Assembly (NCBI GenBank): GCA_035716005.1
Contig: DASTKG010000052.1
Span: 6,360-70,359 of the forward strand
Reading direction: 5' to 3'
Length of the DNA: 64,000 nt
Source of the DNA: Candidatus Eiseniibacteriota bacterium
GTDB taxonomy: Bacteria > Eisenbacteria > RBG-16-71-46 > SZUA-252
The position numbers were made by a program, and so were the translations under genes. Position 1 is the stretch's first letter; each line of letters opens with the position of its first letter. Positions 1 to 8,097 of this stretch are shown one piece after another. A model generated the notes under the pieces. The model saw only the letters and a program-made list of their open reading frames with translations. It did no database searches and was not told where the DNA came from.

Positions 1-1200
1 GCGGTCGTGGCCGCGGCGATCGCGCTCTCGCTCGCGGCGGGTCGCGGCGCGGCGAGCACGGTCTACGGGCCGGGCGGTCTCGGCGAGCCCTCGCTCGAGG
101 AAGGGGCCCGCATTCGCGCCCTGGGCGGGGCCGGCGTCGCCGAGCATGGCCCGATCCAGTTCTCCCTCGTCAATCCGGCGTCGACGACGGAGATCCGGAC
201 CCTCCTCCTCCAGGCGACGATTCTCCCCTCGTACCGGCAGATCGACGGGAAGTACGCCACGTCCGAAACGGCCTCGGAAACGGTCGTGCCGTCGTTCCGC
301 GCGGCGGTGCGCTTCCCGCTCGGGATGGTCCTCGGCGGCGCCTACGCCGTCGGAACGGACGCTCGATTCCGCGCCGACCGGCCCGAGAGCGCGGGAACGG
401 TTTCCGCGCTTCGCATCGAAGGCACGGGCGGTCTTCAGCTCATCCGGCTCTCCCTCGCGAAGGCGATCGGGCGCACCACGCGCGTCGGCTTCGACTACGA
501 GATCGTGGCCGGCTCCTTCCGCGAGGAGTGGAACCGCAATTTCGCCGACACCTCGCTCACGACCATGAGCGACACGGTGGAGGTCCGTTACGATCGCGTC
601 GGCCGCTGGCGGATCGGCGGGCAGCAATCGCTCGGGAGCTGGACCCTCGGCGGCGTCTACGAGACGAAGCGGGAGCTGCCGATGACCATCACGCAGCGGG
701 GCGCCGGCTCCACGATCAAGGAGACCGGGCGATCGCTCACGATTCCGGACGGCTGGGTGGTGGGTCTGAGCGGCATGCTCACGACGCGCCTCCACGTGGC
801 CACGCAGTACCGGCGCGCGAATTGGAAGCGCGAGTCGCTGCAGAGCGACCTCGTCGACTTCCGCCCCATGCAGCGCTACTCGTTCGGCCTCGAGCGCGTC
901 GGGAGCTCTCAGGACGGCGCGTCCTGGGCGAGCCGTCTGCCGATCCGGCTCGGCGTGAGCTATCTCGAGTGGCCCGATCTCATGCCGCTCGACGGAGAGA
1001 CGACGATCGCCGGCGGAAGCGCGGGCGTGAACGAGCTCACCTTCTCGCTCGGCACGGGGATGGCGACCCAGGACAAGGGCGGCGGGATCGACTTCACCAT
1101 CGAGGCGGGGAAGCGCGGCGACAAGGATGCGCTCGGCGTGAGCGAGCGATTCGTCCGCGCGGCGCTGACGCTACAGGTCGGCGACGATACCTGGAAGTGA
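1..1200 (+). CDS. Putative outer-membrane beta-barrel protein, 5'-partial at window edge
   Basis: ORF 7..1200 continues in frame back to base 1. Its N-terminal hydrophobic stretch (AAAIALSLAAG) looks like a signal-peptide core. The rest shows alternating hydrophobic/polar beta-strand patterning and high GC3. No specific family was recognised. Confidence 0.45.
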   Translation, partial: AVVAAAIALSLAAGRGAASTVYGPGGLGEPSLEEGARIRALGGAGVAEHGPIQFSLVNPASTTEIRTLLLQATILPSYRQIDGKYATSETASETVVPSFRAAVRFPLGMVLGGAYAVGTDARFRADRPESAGTVSALRIEGTGGLQLIRLSLAKAIGRTTRVGFDYEIVAGSFREEWNRNFADTSLTTMSDTVEVRYDRVGRWRIGGQQSLGSWTLGGVYETKRELPMTITQRGAGSTIKETGRSLTIPDGWVVGLSGMLTTRLHVATQYRRANWKRESLQSDLVDFRPMQRYSFGLERVGSSQDGASWASRLPIRLGVSYLEWPDLMPLDGETTIAGGSAGVNELTFSLGTGMATQDKGGGIDFTIEAGKRGDKDALGVSERFVRAALTLQVGDDTWK

Positions 1201-3252
1201 CGGGACGCGAGCCGCCTTCCCGGACGCGCCGGCGGCGCCGCGGCGGCGTTCGCGGCGCGCGGGCGCGGGCTCGCCGCAGCGGTCGCAGCGCGTGAGGAGC
1301 CGAGACCGCTCGCAGTAGTCGATGGCGGCCTGCACGAACCACGCGTGCGCCGCCAGCGAGGGCACGGGGCCGGTGGTCCGTCCGCGGTAGGGATGGAGCC
1401 GCTCCGGCAGGAGGCCGATCCCCTCGGCCCGCGCCGCGGCCCAGAAGAGAAGCGTTCGGGCAACCTCCAGATCCTGAACCCGGCGCGCCGCGCGGGCCGC
1501 GTGGAGCGCGAGCCAGAGCGTCGCCGCGACGTTCGGGCTTCCCGGAACGTCGCCGCCCTCCGAGACGCCGCCCCCGACGCTTCCGACGAGATCCCCTTCG
1601 TAGCGCGCGACTCCGCCCGTGCCGGTCCGCACCCAGAGGCGCTCGCGCGCGTCCGCCACCGTCGCGCGGACGCGCGGATCCTCGGGCTCGAAGTCGTCGA
1701 GCAGGCCGACGAGGAGGAGCGACGCGTCGGCGGTCTCGTCCGTCCGCCACGCGTCGGCGCCCGGCGACTCCGGGGAGAGGGGCTGGAGGCCGCGACGGAA
1801 GGCGCCCGAAGCGCCCTTCGCCAGCGAGAGGGACATGGCGCGGGCGACGCGGTCGGCCGCGGCCGACCAGGCGCGAGCCCGCGCGGCCTCTCCGAGGAGC
1901 GCCGCCACGCGCGCCGCGCCGCGGAGTCCGCCGCGCACCGCGGCCGCCGCCGCCGCGTGGATTCCGGGCCGCTCGTTCCACCAGTCGAGAGAGCGGGGAA
2001 GCCCGTGCGTTTCCGCGTCGAGCGACCCGGCCAGCCGCTCGGCCGACGGCACGAGGAGCGGCTCCCACATCGTGGCCAGGAATTCGACGTCGCGATCGCG
2101 CTCGAGATGCCGGGCCGCGGCCCAGAGGTGGAGCGCGGCGCCGAAGACGCCCGCCTCGGGCTCGCCCGGCAGAGTGACCGCCTCGCCCGAGGGTTCGTAC
2201 GCCGCGGCGAGACGCCCCGCGCGACGCGCCGCGTCCGCGACGAAGGAGAAGTAGCGCCGGGCGGCGCCGTGATAGCCCGCGCGCCCGAGCGAGTCGGCCG
2301 CGATCGCGGCGTCGGCGATCCGGCACCAGCGGGTCTCGCCGTCGCCCGAGACGATCGCCCCCTCCGGCGTCTGATGAAGCCTCAGCGCGAGGAGGCTCGA
2401 CGCGTAGATCGATCCGATCAGCTCGGGCAGATCGGCGAAGTCGCGCGCCCCCTCGCTCGACCAGAGGGTCCAGTGACCTCTCGTCCGCGCGAGGGAGGCG
2501 GCGAGCCCGTCGCGGCGGAACGCCGCGTCGAGGGCGCGGACCTCCTCCGGGGTCGAGCCGCAGGCGAGCCACCCCGTCACCATGGCCGAATCTCCGGCGC
2601 CGAGCGGGAACGACACGCCGCCCACCGAATCGGCGAAGCCCGTCGCCTCGGCGCGCGGCCTCGATCCCGCGTCGAGCGCTTCCGCGTCCGCGCCGGGGCT
2701 CTCTTCCGCGGCGCGCGACACGGCGCGGACGAGCGGGACGCCGGTTCCGCCCGGGCCCTCGAGATTGAAGAGGATCGCGCGCCGGCCCGACGAGTGAAGC
2801 AGTCCGCCCGTTTCGGCGTCGCGCCGGACGCTCTCGTGCGGGCGTCCCGCGGCGAGGCGGAAGTCGTGATGGAAGTAGAGCGAGACCGCGCGATCGACCG
2901 AGCCCCGATTCGTGACCTGCACGCGCCGCACCACGACCGGAAGGCGCGCGTCGACGTAGCTCTCGATCCAGATTTCCATCTCGAGCTCGTGGCCGTCGTC
3001 GTCGCCCGGCGCCGAGAGCGAGACGTCCGCGATCGGCGCGTCGCCCGGCTCGCCGGGCCTCGCGGCGTATCGATCGGGGAGCCAGTGGAGAATGCCGTCG
3101 ACGGAGAGCCCGAGCCGCGCGGGACGTCGAAGCGACTGCGTCTCGGAGGAGAGGGAGGGAACGTAGAGCTCGAGGAGCGCGCCGCCGCGATCGCCCGTCG
3201 CGGTCAGCGATCCGTTTCCGATGAGAAACGCGCGCGCCAGTTTGGCCTCCAT
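1171..3252 (-). CDS. Glycoside hydrolase family 15-like (glucoamylase/glucodextranase-type) protein
   Basis: 693-aa ORF. The N-terminal region resembles a glucoamylase N-domain (FLIGNGSLTA...). The remainder is compatible with a large (alpha/alpha)6-type catalytic region (GHWTLWSSEG...). It sits divergent from the GT2 gene. Confidence 0.55.
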   Translation of the reverse strand: MEAKLARAFLIGNGSLTATGDRGGALLELYVPSLSSETQSLRRPARLGLSVDGILHWLPDRYAARPGEPGDAPIADVSLSAPGDDDGHELEMEIWIESYVDARLPVVVRRVQVTNRGSVDRAVSLYFHHDFRLAAGRPHESVRRDAETGGLLHSSGRRAILFNLEGPGGTGVPLVRAVSRAAEESPGADAEALDAGSRPRAEATGFADSVGGVSFPLGAGDSAMVTGWLACGSTPEEVRALDAAFRRDGLAASLARTRGHWTLWSSEGARDFADLPELIGSIYASSLLALRLHQTPEGAIVSGDGETRWCRIADAAIAADSLGRAGYHGAARRYFSFVADAARRAGRLAAAYEPSGEAVTLPGEPEAGVFGAALHLWAAARHLERDRDVEFLATMWEPLLVPSAERLAGSLDAETHGLPRSLDWWNERPGIHAAAAAAVRGGLRGAARVAALLGEAARARAWSAAADRVARAMSLSLAKGASGAFRRGLQPLSPESPGADAWRTDETADASLLLVGLLDDFEPEDPRVRATVADARERLWVRTGTGGVARYEGDLVGSVGGGVSEGGDVPGSPNVAATLWLALHAARAARRVQDLEVARTLLFWAAARAEGIGLLPERLHPYRGRTTGPVPSLAAHAWFVQAAIDYCERSRLLTRCDRCGEPAPARRERRRGAAGASGKAARVPSLPGIVADL

Positions 3253-3295
3253 GCCGTGTTGAGGTTCAACTCCTTGTCTCCCGGCACGTTAGCAG

Positions 3296-4867
3296 ATGAC
3301 GCCGGAGACGGTCAATTCCTCCCCGCCCGCGGCGGGGGGAGAGCCGATTGACAGGAGCGGGAGGAGGGCTACGATCATCGCCCCCATGCTCCTGCCCATC
3401 GTATTTCGCTCGCCGCTCGCCGGCGATCTTCTCCTCGCGCTCTATCTTCTGGTGTGGCTCGTGCTGGCGGCGTACGGCGCGCATCGTCTCCATCTCGTGA
3501 AGCTCTACCGCCGGCGCGATCCGCTCGTGACGCCCCCGACGCAGACGGGCGACTGGCCGCGCGTCACGGTGCAGCTCCCCGTCTTCAACGAGGCGTACGT
3601 CGTGGAGCGTCTCCTCGACGCCGCGGCCCGGCTCGACTACCCGCGCGACCGGCTCGAGATCCAGCTCCTCGACGATTCCGTCGACGACACGACCGCCATC
3701 GCCGCGGCCCGCATCGCCGCGTGGCGCGCGCGCGGCGTCGACGTGGTCCATCTCCGCCGCGGCGACCGGCACGGCTTCAAGGCGGGGGCGCTCCAGCACG
3801 GGCTGGAGCGCGCCTCGGGGGAGCTCCTCGCGATCTTCGACGCCGACTTCGTCCCGCCGCCGGGATTCCTCCGCGCGCTCGTCCCCTATTTCCAGGACGA
3901 GCGGGTCGGGATGGTGCAGTCCCGCTGGGAGCACCTGAACGAAGGCTACTCGCTCCTCGCCCGGGCGCAGGCGATCTCCCTCGACGGGCACTTCGTCGTG
4001 GAGCACACGGCGCGGATGGTGGGGGGGTCGTACTTCAATTTCAACGGCACGGCGGGAATCCTGCGCAAGGCGTGCATCCGCGACGCGGGGGGATGGCAAT
4101 CGGACACCCTGACGGAGGACCTCGATCTTTCCTACCGCGCGCAGATGAAGGGATGGCGCTTCGTCTTCGCGTCGCACGTGGCGTGCCCCTCCGAGCTTCC
4201 GGTCGAGATGAACGCCTTCAAGGCGCAGCAGCATCGCTGGGTGAAGGGCTCGGTGCAGGTCGCCCGAAAGCTCCTGCCGGTCCTCTGGCGCTCCGCCGCG
4301 CCCCTGGCGGTGAAGGTGGAGGCGACGTTCCATCTCACCTACAACGTCGGCTACGTCGCGCTTCTCCTCCTGTCGCTCATCGTCTATCCCGTGGTGCTCG
4401 AGCGCTACGAGAGCCGGAGCCTCTTCTTCACGGTCGCCGACGCGCTCCTCTTCCTCGTGGCGACGATCTCGACGCTCCTCTACTTCGGCGTCGCGCAGAA
4501 CGACCTGCGGGGCGGATGGAAGCGGAAGCTCCACGTCCTGCCGTTCGTGATGTCGCTCGGGATCGGACTGGCGGTGAACAACTCGCGCGCGGTGCTCGGC
4601 GCGCTCTTCGGCTCGCGGGGGTCGTTCGTGCGGACGCCGAAGTTCAGGATCGCCTCGCCCGGCGACACGTGGCGGCGGAAGCGCTATCGCGCGCCCGTGA
4701 GCGGATGGGCCCTGCTCGAGATCGGGCTCGGCGTCTACTTCGCGTGGGCGATGGTGTCGCTCGCCCACGCCGAACGCTTCGCGTCGATTCCGTTCTTCCT
4801 TCTCTACTTCTGCGGCTTCCTCTACGTCGGCGTCCTCTCCCTGCTTCACGCCTCCGCGCGCCGGTAG
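3296..4867 (+). CDS. Family-2 processive beta-glycosyltransferase (cellulose/glucomannan-synthase-like)
   Basis: N-terminal TM helix, then a DxD-type region (LDDSVDD, FDADF). The QxxRW motif (QQHRWVKG) is followed by multiple C-terminal TM helices. An alternative start is ATG 3386. Confidence 0.8.
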   Translation: MTPETVNSSPPAAGGEPIDRSGRRATIIAPMLLPIVFRSPLAGDLLLALYLLVWLVLAAYGAHRLHLVKLYRRRDPLVTPPTQTGDWPRVTVQLPVFNEAYVVERLLDAAARLDYPRDRLEIQLLDDSVDDTTAIAAARIAAWRARGVDVVHLRRGDRHGFKAGALQHGLERASGELLAIFDADFVPPPGFLRALVPYFQDERVGMVQSRWEHLNEGYSLLARAQAISLDGHFVVEHTARMVGGSYFNFNGTAGILRKACIRDAGGWQSDTLTEDLDLSYRAQMKGWRFVFASHVACPSELPVEMNAFKAQQHRWVKGSVQVARKLLPVLWRSAAPLAVKVEATFHLTYNVGYVALLLLSLIVYPVVLERYESRSLFFTVADALLFLVATISTLLYFGVAQNDLRGGWKRKLHVLPFVMSLGIGLAVNNSRAVLGALFGSRGSFVRTPKFRIASPGDTWRRKRYRAPVSGWALLEIGLGVYFAWAMVSLAHAERFASIPFFLLYFCGFLYVGVLSLLHASARR

Positions 4868-6090
4868 CGGCGCCGCCACGCGGCCCGCGCCGTCCACGCC
4901 GCGGCCAGCGCCCATCCTCCGTACTCGATCCACGGAATCGCCGCCGGAAGCGCCCACGCGCCGGTCGTCCGATAGGCGCCGAGCGCCGCGTAGGAGAGGG
5001 CGACCAGGCCGCTGAAGAGGAGGAGCCCGAGGTCGGCGTGGAGCGGCAGGAGCGCCACGAGCATCACCAGGTACCAGGGATAGACCGTCGGGCTCGCCGC
5101 GATCCAGGCCGCGAGAAGCGCGAGGGCGGCGCCGGTGAGCGTCCGCGCCTTCCATCCGACGACCAGCGAGGCCGCGCCCACCGCCGCGGCGAGGAGAAGG
5201 CGAGGCGGCTCGCCCGTCGCGAAGAAGGGGCGGATCGCGGCGTAGATCGATCCGTTGAACTCCCAGTGACGGAGGTAGGTCGTGAGTCCGGTCCAGAGCG
5301 CGCCCCCCGCCGCGACGAAGGGGAGGAAGAGAAGCGCGCCGGCGACGGCGGCCGCGGCGAGCGTGGCGAAGGCGCGGCGGCGAAGGAGCGCCGGCAGGAG
5401 GAGAAGAGGCATATACTTCACGAGGACGGCGGCCGCCAGCGCGCCGCCCGCGAGACGCGAACGCTTCACCTCGACGAACGCGAGCGCGAGGAGGAGGAAC
5501 GCGGCGGCGGCCAGATCGACGTGTCCGTTGCCGAACGATTCCACGACGACGAGCGGATTCCAGAAGTAGAGAAGGAGCCGCTCGCTCGGCTGCCCGCGCG
5601 CCCTCAGGAGCGCGGCGAGCGCGAGGAGGAGCATCGCCTCGAGCGCGAGGAGGGTCGCTTTCCACGCCCACGGCTCGACGGCGAGGCGCGCCGTCGCCCC
5701 GAAGAGGAGCTGCGCCATCGGCGGGTAGATCGTGGGGACGTCGGCGTGGTTGAGGTGGTGGAGGAGCGGACCGTGGTAGCGTTCGAGCGCCGGATCGTTC
5801 GGCGCGTGGGTGAAGGGGTTCACGCCGTCCGCCACGAGCCGGCCGTCCCAGAGGTAGCGATAGAGATCCTCGGAGAGCCGCGGCTCCGCCGGCAGGAGCA
5901 GGAGTCTGGGGAGCAGGCCCACCGCGACGAGGAGCCCGAGGCGCAGGCGGGCTCCGCGGGAGACGACGAGCCAGACGGCGAGAAGGTAGAGGGCATGGGC
6001 GATGAGCCACGGAACCAGGAGATGGTCCGCCCTTGATCCGTCGGCGAAACCGGCGGCGGCCGTGAGGGCCGCCGAGGCGACACCGACCAA
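4846..6090 (-). CDS. Polytopic GT-C/DUF2029-like (GT87-type) membrane glycosyltransferase
   Basis: This is the C-terminal ~415 aa of the 814-aa minus ORF. It is strongly hydrophobic and carries a D-x-Y-x-Y...G..P motif (EDLYRYLWDGRLVADGVNPF). The upstream part of that ORF is antisense to the sigma54 activator and is rejected. The start is uncertain (TTG 6090 or TTG 6117). The gene converges on the GT2 gene with an overlap at 4846..4867. Confidence 0.55.
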   Translation of the reverse strand: MVGVASAALTAAAGFADGSRADHLLVPWLIAHALYLLAVWLVVSRGARLRLGLLVAVGLLPRLLLLPAEPRLSEDLYRYLWDGRLVADGVNPFTHAPNDPALERYHGPLLHHLNHADVPTIYPPMAQLLFGATARLAVEPWAWKATLLALEAMLLLALAALLRARGQPSERLLLYFWNPLVVVESFGNGHVDLAAAAFLLLALAFVEVKRSRLAGGALAAAVLVKYMPLLLLPALLRRRAFATLAAAAVAGALLFLPFVAAGGALWTGLTTYLRHWEFNGSIYAAIRPFFATGEPPRLLLAAAVGAASLVVGWKARTLTGAALALLAAWIAASPTVYPWYLVMLVALLPLHADLGLLLFSGLVALSYAALGAYRTTGAWALPAAIPWIEYGGWALAAAWTARAAWRRRYRRAEA

Positions 6091-6108
6091 GAGGAGCGCC
6101 CGTTCGGA

Positions 6109-7281
6109 ATGAGTCAATCGAGCCGCGATTCTAGGAAGCGCCCGTCCGCGGGTCAACGCGCGCGGGAGGGAGACGCCGGGCCGGCCGGAGAAGCCACGCC
6201 GCGTCCTTCCGCCGAGCTCGCCTCGAGCGACCCGCTGGCGCGCGGACTCTGGGAGGCGTCGGCGGTGGAGGCCGGGCCGAGGCAACACGAGCGGGATCGC
6301 GAACGTCGTCGCGGGTCGGGCCGCGAACGACGACCCTTCGTCCAGAACCTGATCGGCGTGAGCGCGCGGATGCAGCGCGTCTTCCGCCTCGTCGAGAAGG
6401 TGGCCCCCACCGACAGCCCCGTCCTCATCACCGGCGAGAGCGGAACCGGGAAGGAGATGGTGGCGACCGCGATCCATCTCCTGAGCCGCCGCGCCCACGA
6501 ACCGTTCGTGACCGTGAACTGCGCCGCGATCACCGAGTCGCTCTTCGAGAGCGAGCTCTTCGGGCACGTGAAGGGATCGTTCACCGGGGCGTCCTCCGAC
6601 CGGAGGGGGCTCATGCAGCAGGCCGACGGAGGGACGCTCTTCCTCGACGAAGTGGCGGAGATGGTCCCCGGCGCCCAGGTGAAGCTCCTGCGCGCGCTCC
6701 AGGGCGGGGAGGTGCGCCGCGTCGGAGGGAACGAATCGACCCGCGTCGACGTGAGGGTCATCGCCGCCACGAACATCGACGTTCGAAAGGCGCTGGCGGA
6801 CGGCCGGCTTCGCGAGGATCTCTACTACCGCCTGAGCGTCTTCCACATCGAGTTGCCGCCGCTCCGCGAACGACGGGACGACATTCCGGTGTTGGCGAAC
6901 TTCTTCCGCGAGAGCGCGGCCGCCAAGCTCGGGAAGCGGGTCGAGCGCTTCAGCGAGCGGGCCCAGTACTACCTCATGCACTACGACTATCCCGGGAACG
7001 TGCGGGAGCTCCTGAACGCCGTGGAGCGGGCCGCCGTCCTCGCCGACGGGGCCGAGATATCCCACCTCGATCTCCCCCCGACCTTCCGGGAGGTGCCGAT
7101 CCCGCTCCTTCGAGAAGGGGACGCCTTCCCCTACTCCGAAACGATGCCGCTCTCCGCGCTCGAGAAGGAGCACATCCGCCGGGTCCTCGTTCATCACGCC
7201 GGAAATACGACGAAGGCCGCGAAGAGCCTCGGAATTTCCCGTTCCACGCTCTGGCGAAAGATGAGAGAGTATCGGTTGTAG
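6109..7281 (+). CDS. Sigma54-dependent transcriptional activator (bEBP) lacking an N-terminal regulatory domain (PspF-like architecture)
   Basis: AAA+ sigma54-interaction domain with Walker A (GESGTGKE) and a GSFTGA motif (GAFTGA variant). A C-terminal HTH is present (STLWRKMREY). The first ~75 aa are low-complexity, so the true start may be internal. Confidence 0.85.
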   Translation: MSQSSRDSRKRPSAGQRAREGDAGPAGEATPRPSAELASSDPLARGLWEASAVEAGPRQHERDRERRRGSGRERRPFVQNLIGVSARMQRVFRLVEKVAPTDSPVLITGESGTGKEMVATAIHLLSRRAHEPFVTVNCAAITESLFESELFGHVKGSFTGASSDRRGLMQQADGGTLFLDEVAEMVPGAQVKLLRALQGGEVRRVGGNESTRVDVRVIAATNIDVRKALADGRLREDLYYRLSVFHIELPPLRERRDDIPVLANFFRESAAAKLGKRVERFSERAQYYLMHYDYPGNVRELLNAVERAAVLADGAEISHLDLPPTFREVPIPLLREGDAFPYSETMPLSALEKEHIRRVLVHHAGNTTKAAKSLGISRSTLWRKMREYRL

Positions 7282-7283
7282 TT

Positions 7284-7320
7284 GTTTCATCGTGAAACGG
7301 TAGTCGTTTCATACTGAAAC
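7284..7320. promoter_or_regulatory. Tandem perfect palindromes GTTTCA-N3-TGAAAC x2 (candidate bEBP upstream activating sites)
   Basis: GTTTCAtcgTGAAAC at 7284..7298 and GTTTCAtacTGAAAC at 7306..7320. Their centres are 22 bp apart (two helical turns). They lie ~100 bp upstream of the sigma54 promoter at 7409 and directly after the activator stop codon. Confidence 0.6.
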
Positions 7321-7408
7321 AGTTGACACAGTTGGGTACACACCCCCAAGTCGCCCAGCGGCTCGCTATCTGGCTGTAAAATAATCAGTAATGGTACTTG
7401 TCAACACC

Positions 7409-7423
7409 TGGCACGGACTCTGC
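7409..7423 (+). promoter_or_regulatory. Sigma54 (-24/-12) promoter TGGCACggactcTGC
   Basis: GG and GC elements have the exact consensus spacing (TGGCAC-N7-TGC versus consensus TGGCACG-N4-TTGC). It lies 108 bp upstream of the hsp20 start. Confidence 0.6.
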
Positions 7424-7530
7424 GTTAGGGAATCTGCGAGTGTGCGGCGCGGCCGGGATGGTCGCGCCCGAGTCGGGAGGCAGAAACCCTAACCCAAGGG
7501 CGGCAGGGCCGCCCGCCAGGAGGAAGCACC

Positions 7531-7989
7531 ATGAACCTCGTACGTTGGAGCCCGATGCGACCGATGCAGGACATCCTCTCGTTCGAGAACGAGATCAGCC
7601 GTCTCTTCCAGGATCTGGCCACCCGCGGCAGCCAGCAGGAGGGCGAGGCCCCCTCGGTCTGGGCCCCGCGCGTCGACATCGAAGAGGACAAGGAGAACTA
7701 CTTCGTGAAGGCCGAGCTCCCCGGGATGAAGCTCGAGGACATCAAGATCTCGATCTCGGACAACCAGCTCGTCATCCGCGGCGAGAAGCGGCGCGAAGTG
7801 GAGTCGAAGGACAAGACCTATCATCGGGTGGAGCGCGTCTACGGATCGTTCGAGCGCGCCTTCACGCTGACCAAGGCGGTCGCCGCCGACAAGGTCGAGG
7901 CGATCTACCGCGACGGCGTCCTCTCGGTTCGCGTTCCGAAGGCCGAGGAGGCCAAGGCCCGCGAGATCCAGATCAAGATCGAGAAGTAG
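7531..7989 (+). CDS. Small heat-shock protein, Hsp20/alpha-crystallin family
   Basis: 152 aa. Alpha-crystallin domain is present (VDIEEDKENYFVKAELPGMKLEDIKISISDNQLVIRGEK...GVLSVRVPK). RBS is AGGAGGAA. Confidence 0.9.
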   Translation: MNLVRWSPMRPMQDILSFENEISRLFQDLATRGSQQEGEAPSVWAPRVDIEEDKENYFVKAELPGMKLEDIKISISDNQLVIRGEKRREVESKDKTYHRVERVYGSFERAFTLTKAVAADKVEAIYRDGVLSVRVPKAEEAKAREIQIKIEK

Positions 7990-8097
7990 TCCAGGCTGTA
8001 ACGCAACGGTGGAACGGGGCCCGGCACACGGCCGGCCCCGACAGGAGTCGGATGCGCGGAGGGGCCTCGAGCCCCTCGTCGCGCAACGGAGGGAGTT

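Noticed and set aside
1094-3351. Long ORFs 1094..2572 (minus) and 1345..3351 (plus) overlapping the GH15-like gene
   Set aside because: Low-complexity R/G/P/A-rich translations. The 1171..3252 minus frame has a coherent globular composition and glucoamylase-like N-terminus.
3266-6010. 914-aa minus-strand ORF and the 860-aa plus ORF (3454..6036) spanning the GT2/GT-C genes
   Set aside because: Extreme Arg/Pro/Gly/Ala composition with no motifs. They lie antisense to, or out of frame with, genes that have clear family signatures. These are classic high-GC shadow ORFs.
7322-7350. TTGACA at 7322..7327 as a sigma70 promoter for hsp20
   Set aside because: No acceptable -10 hexamer (TAnnnT) lies 16-19 bp downstream.
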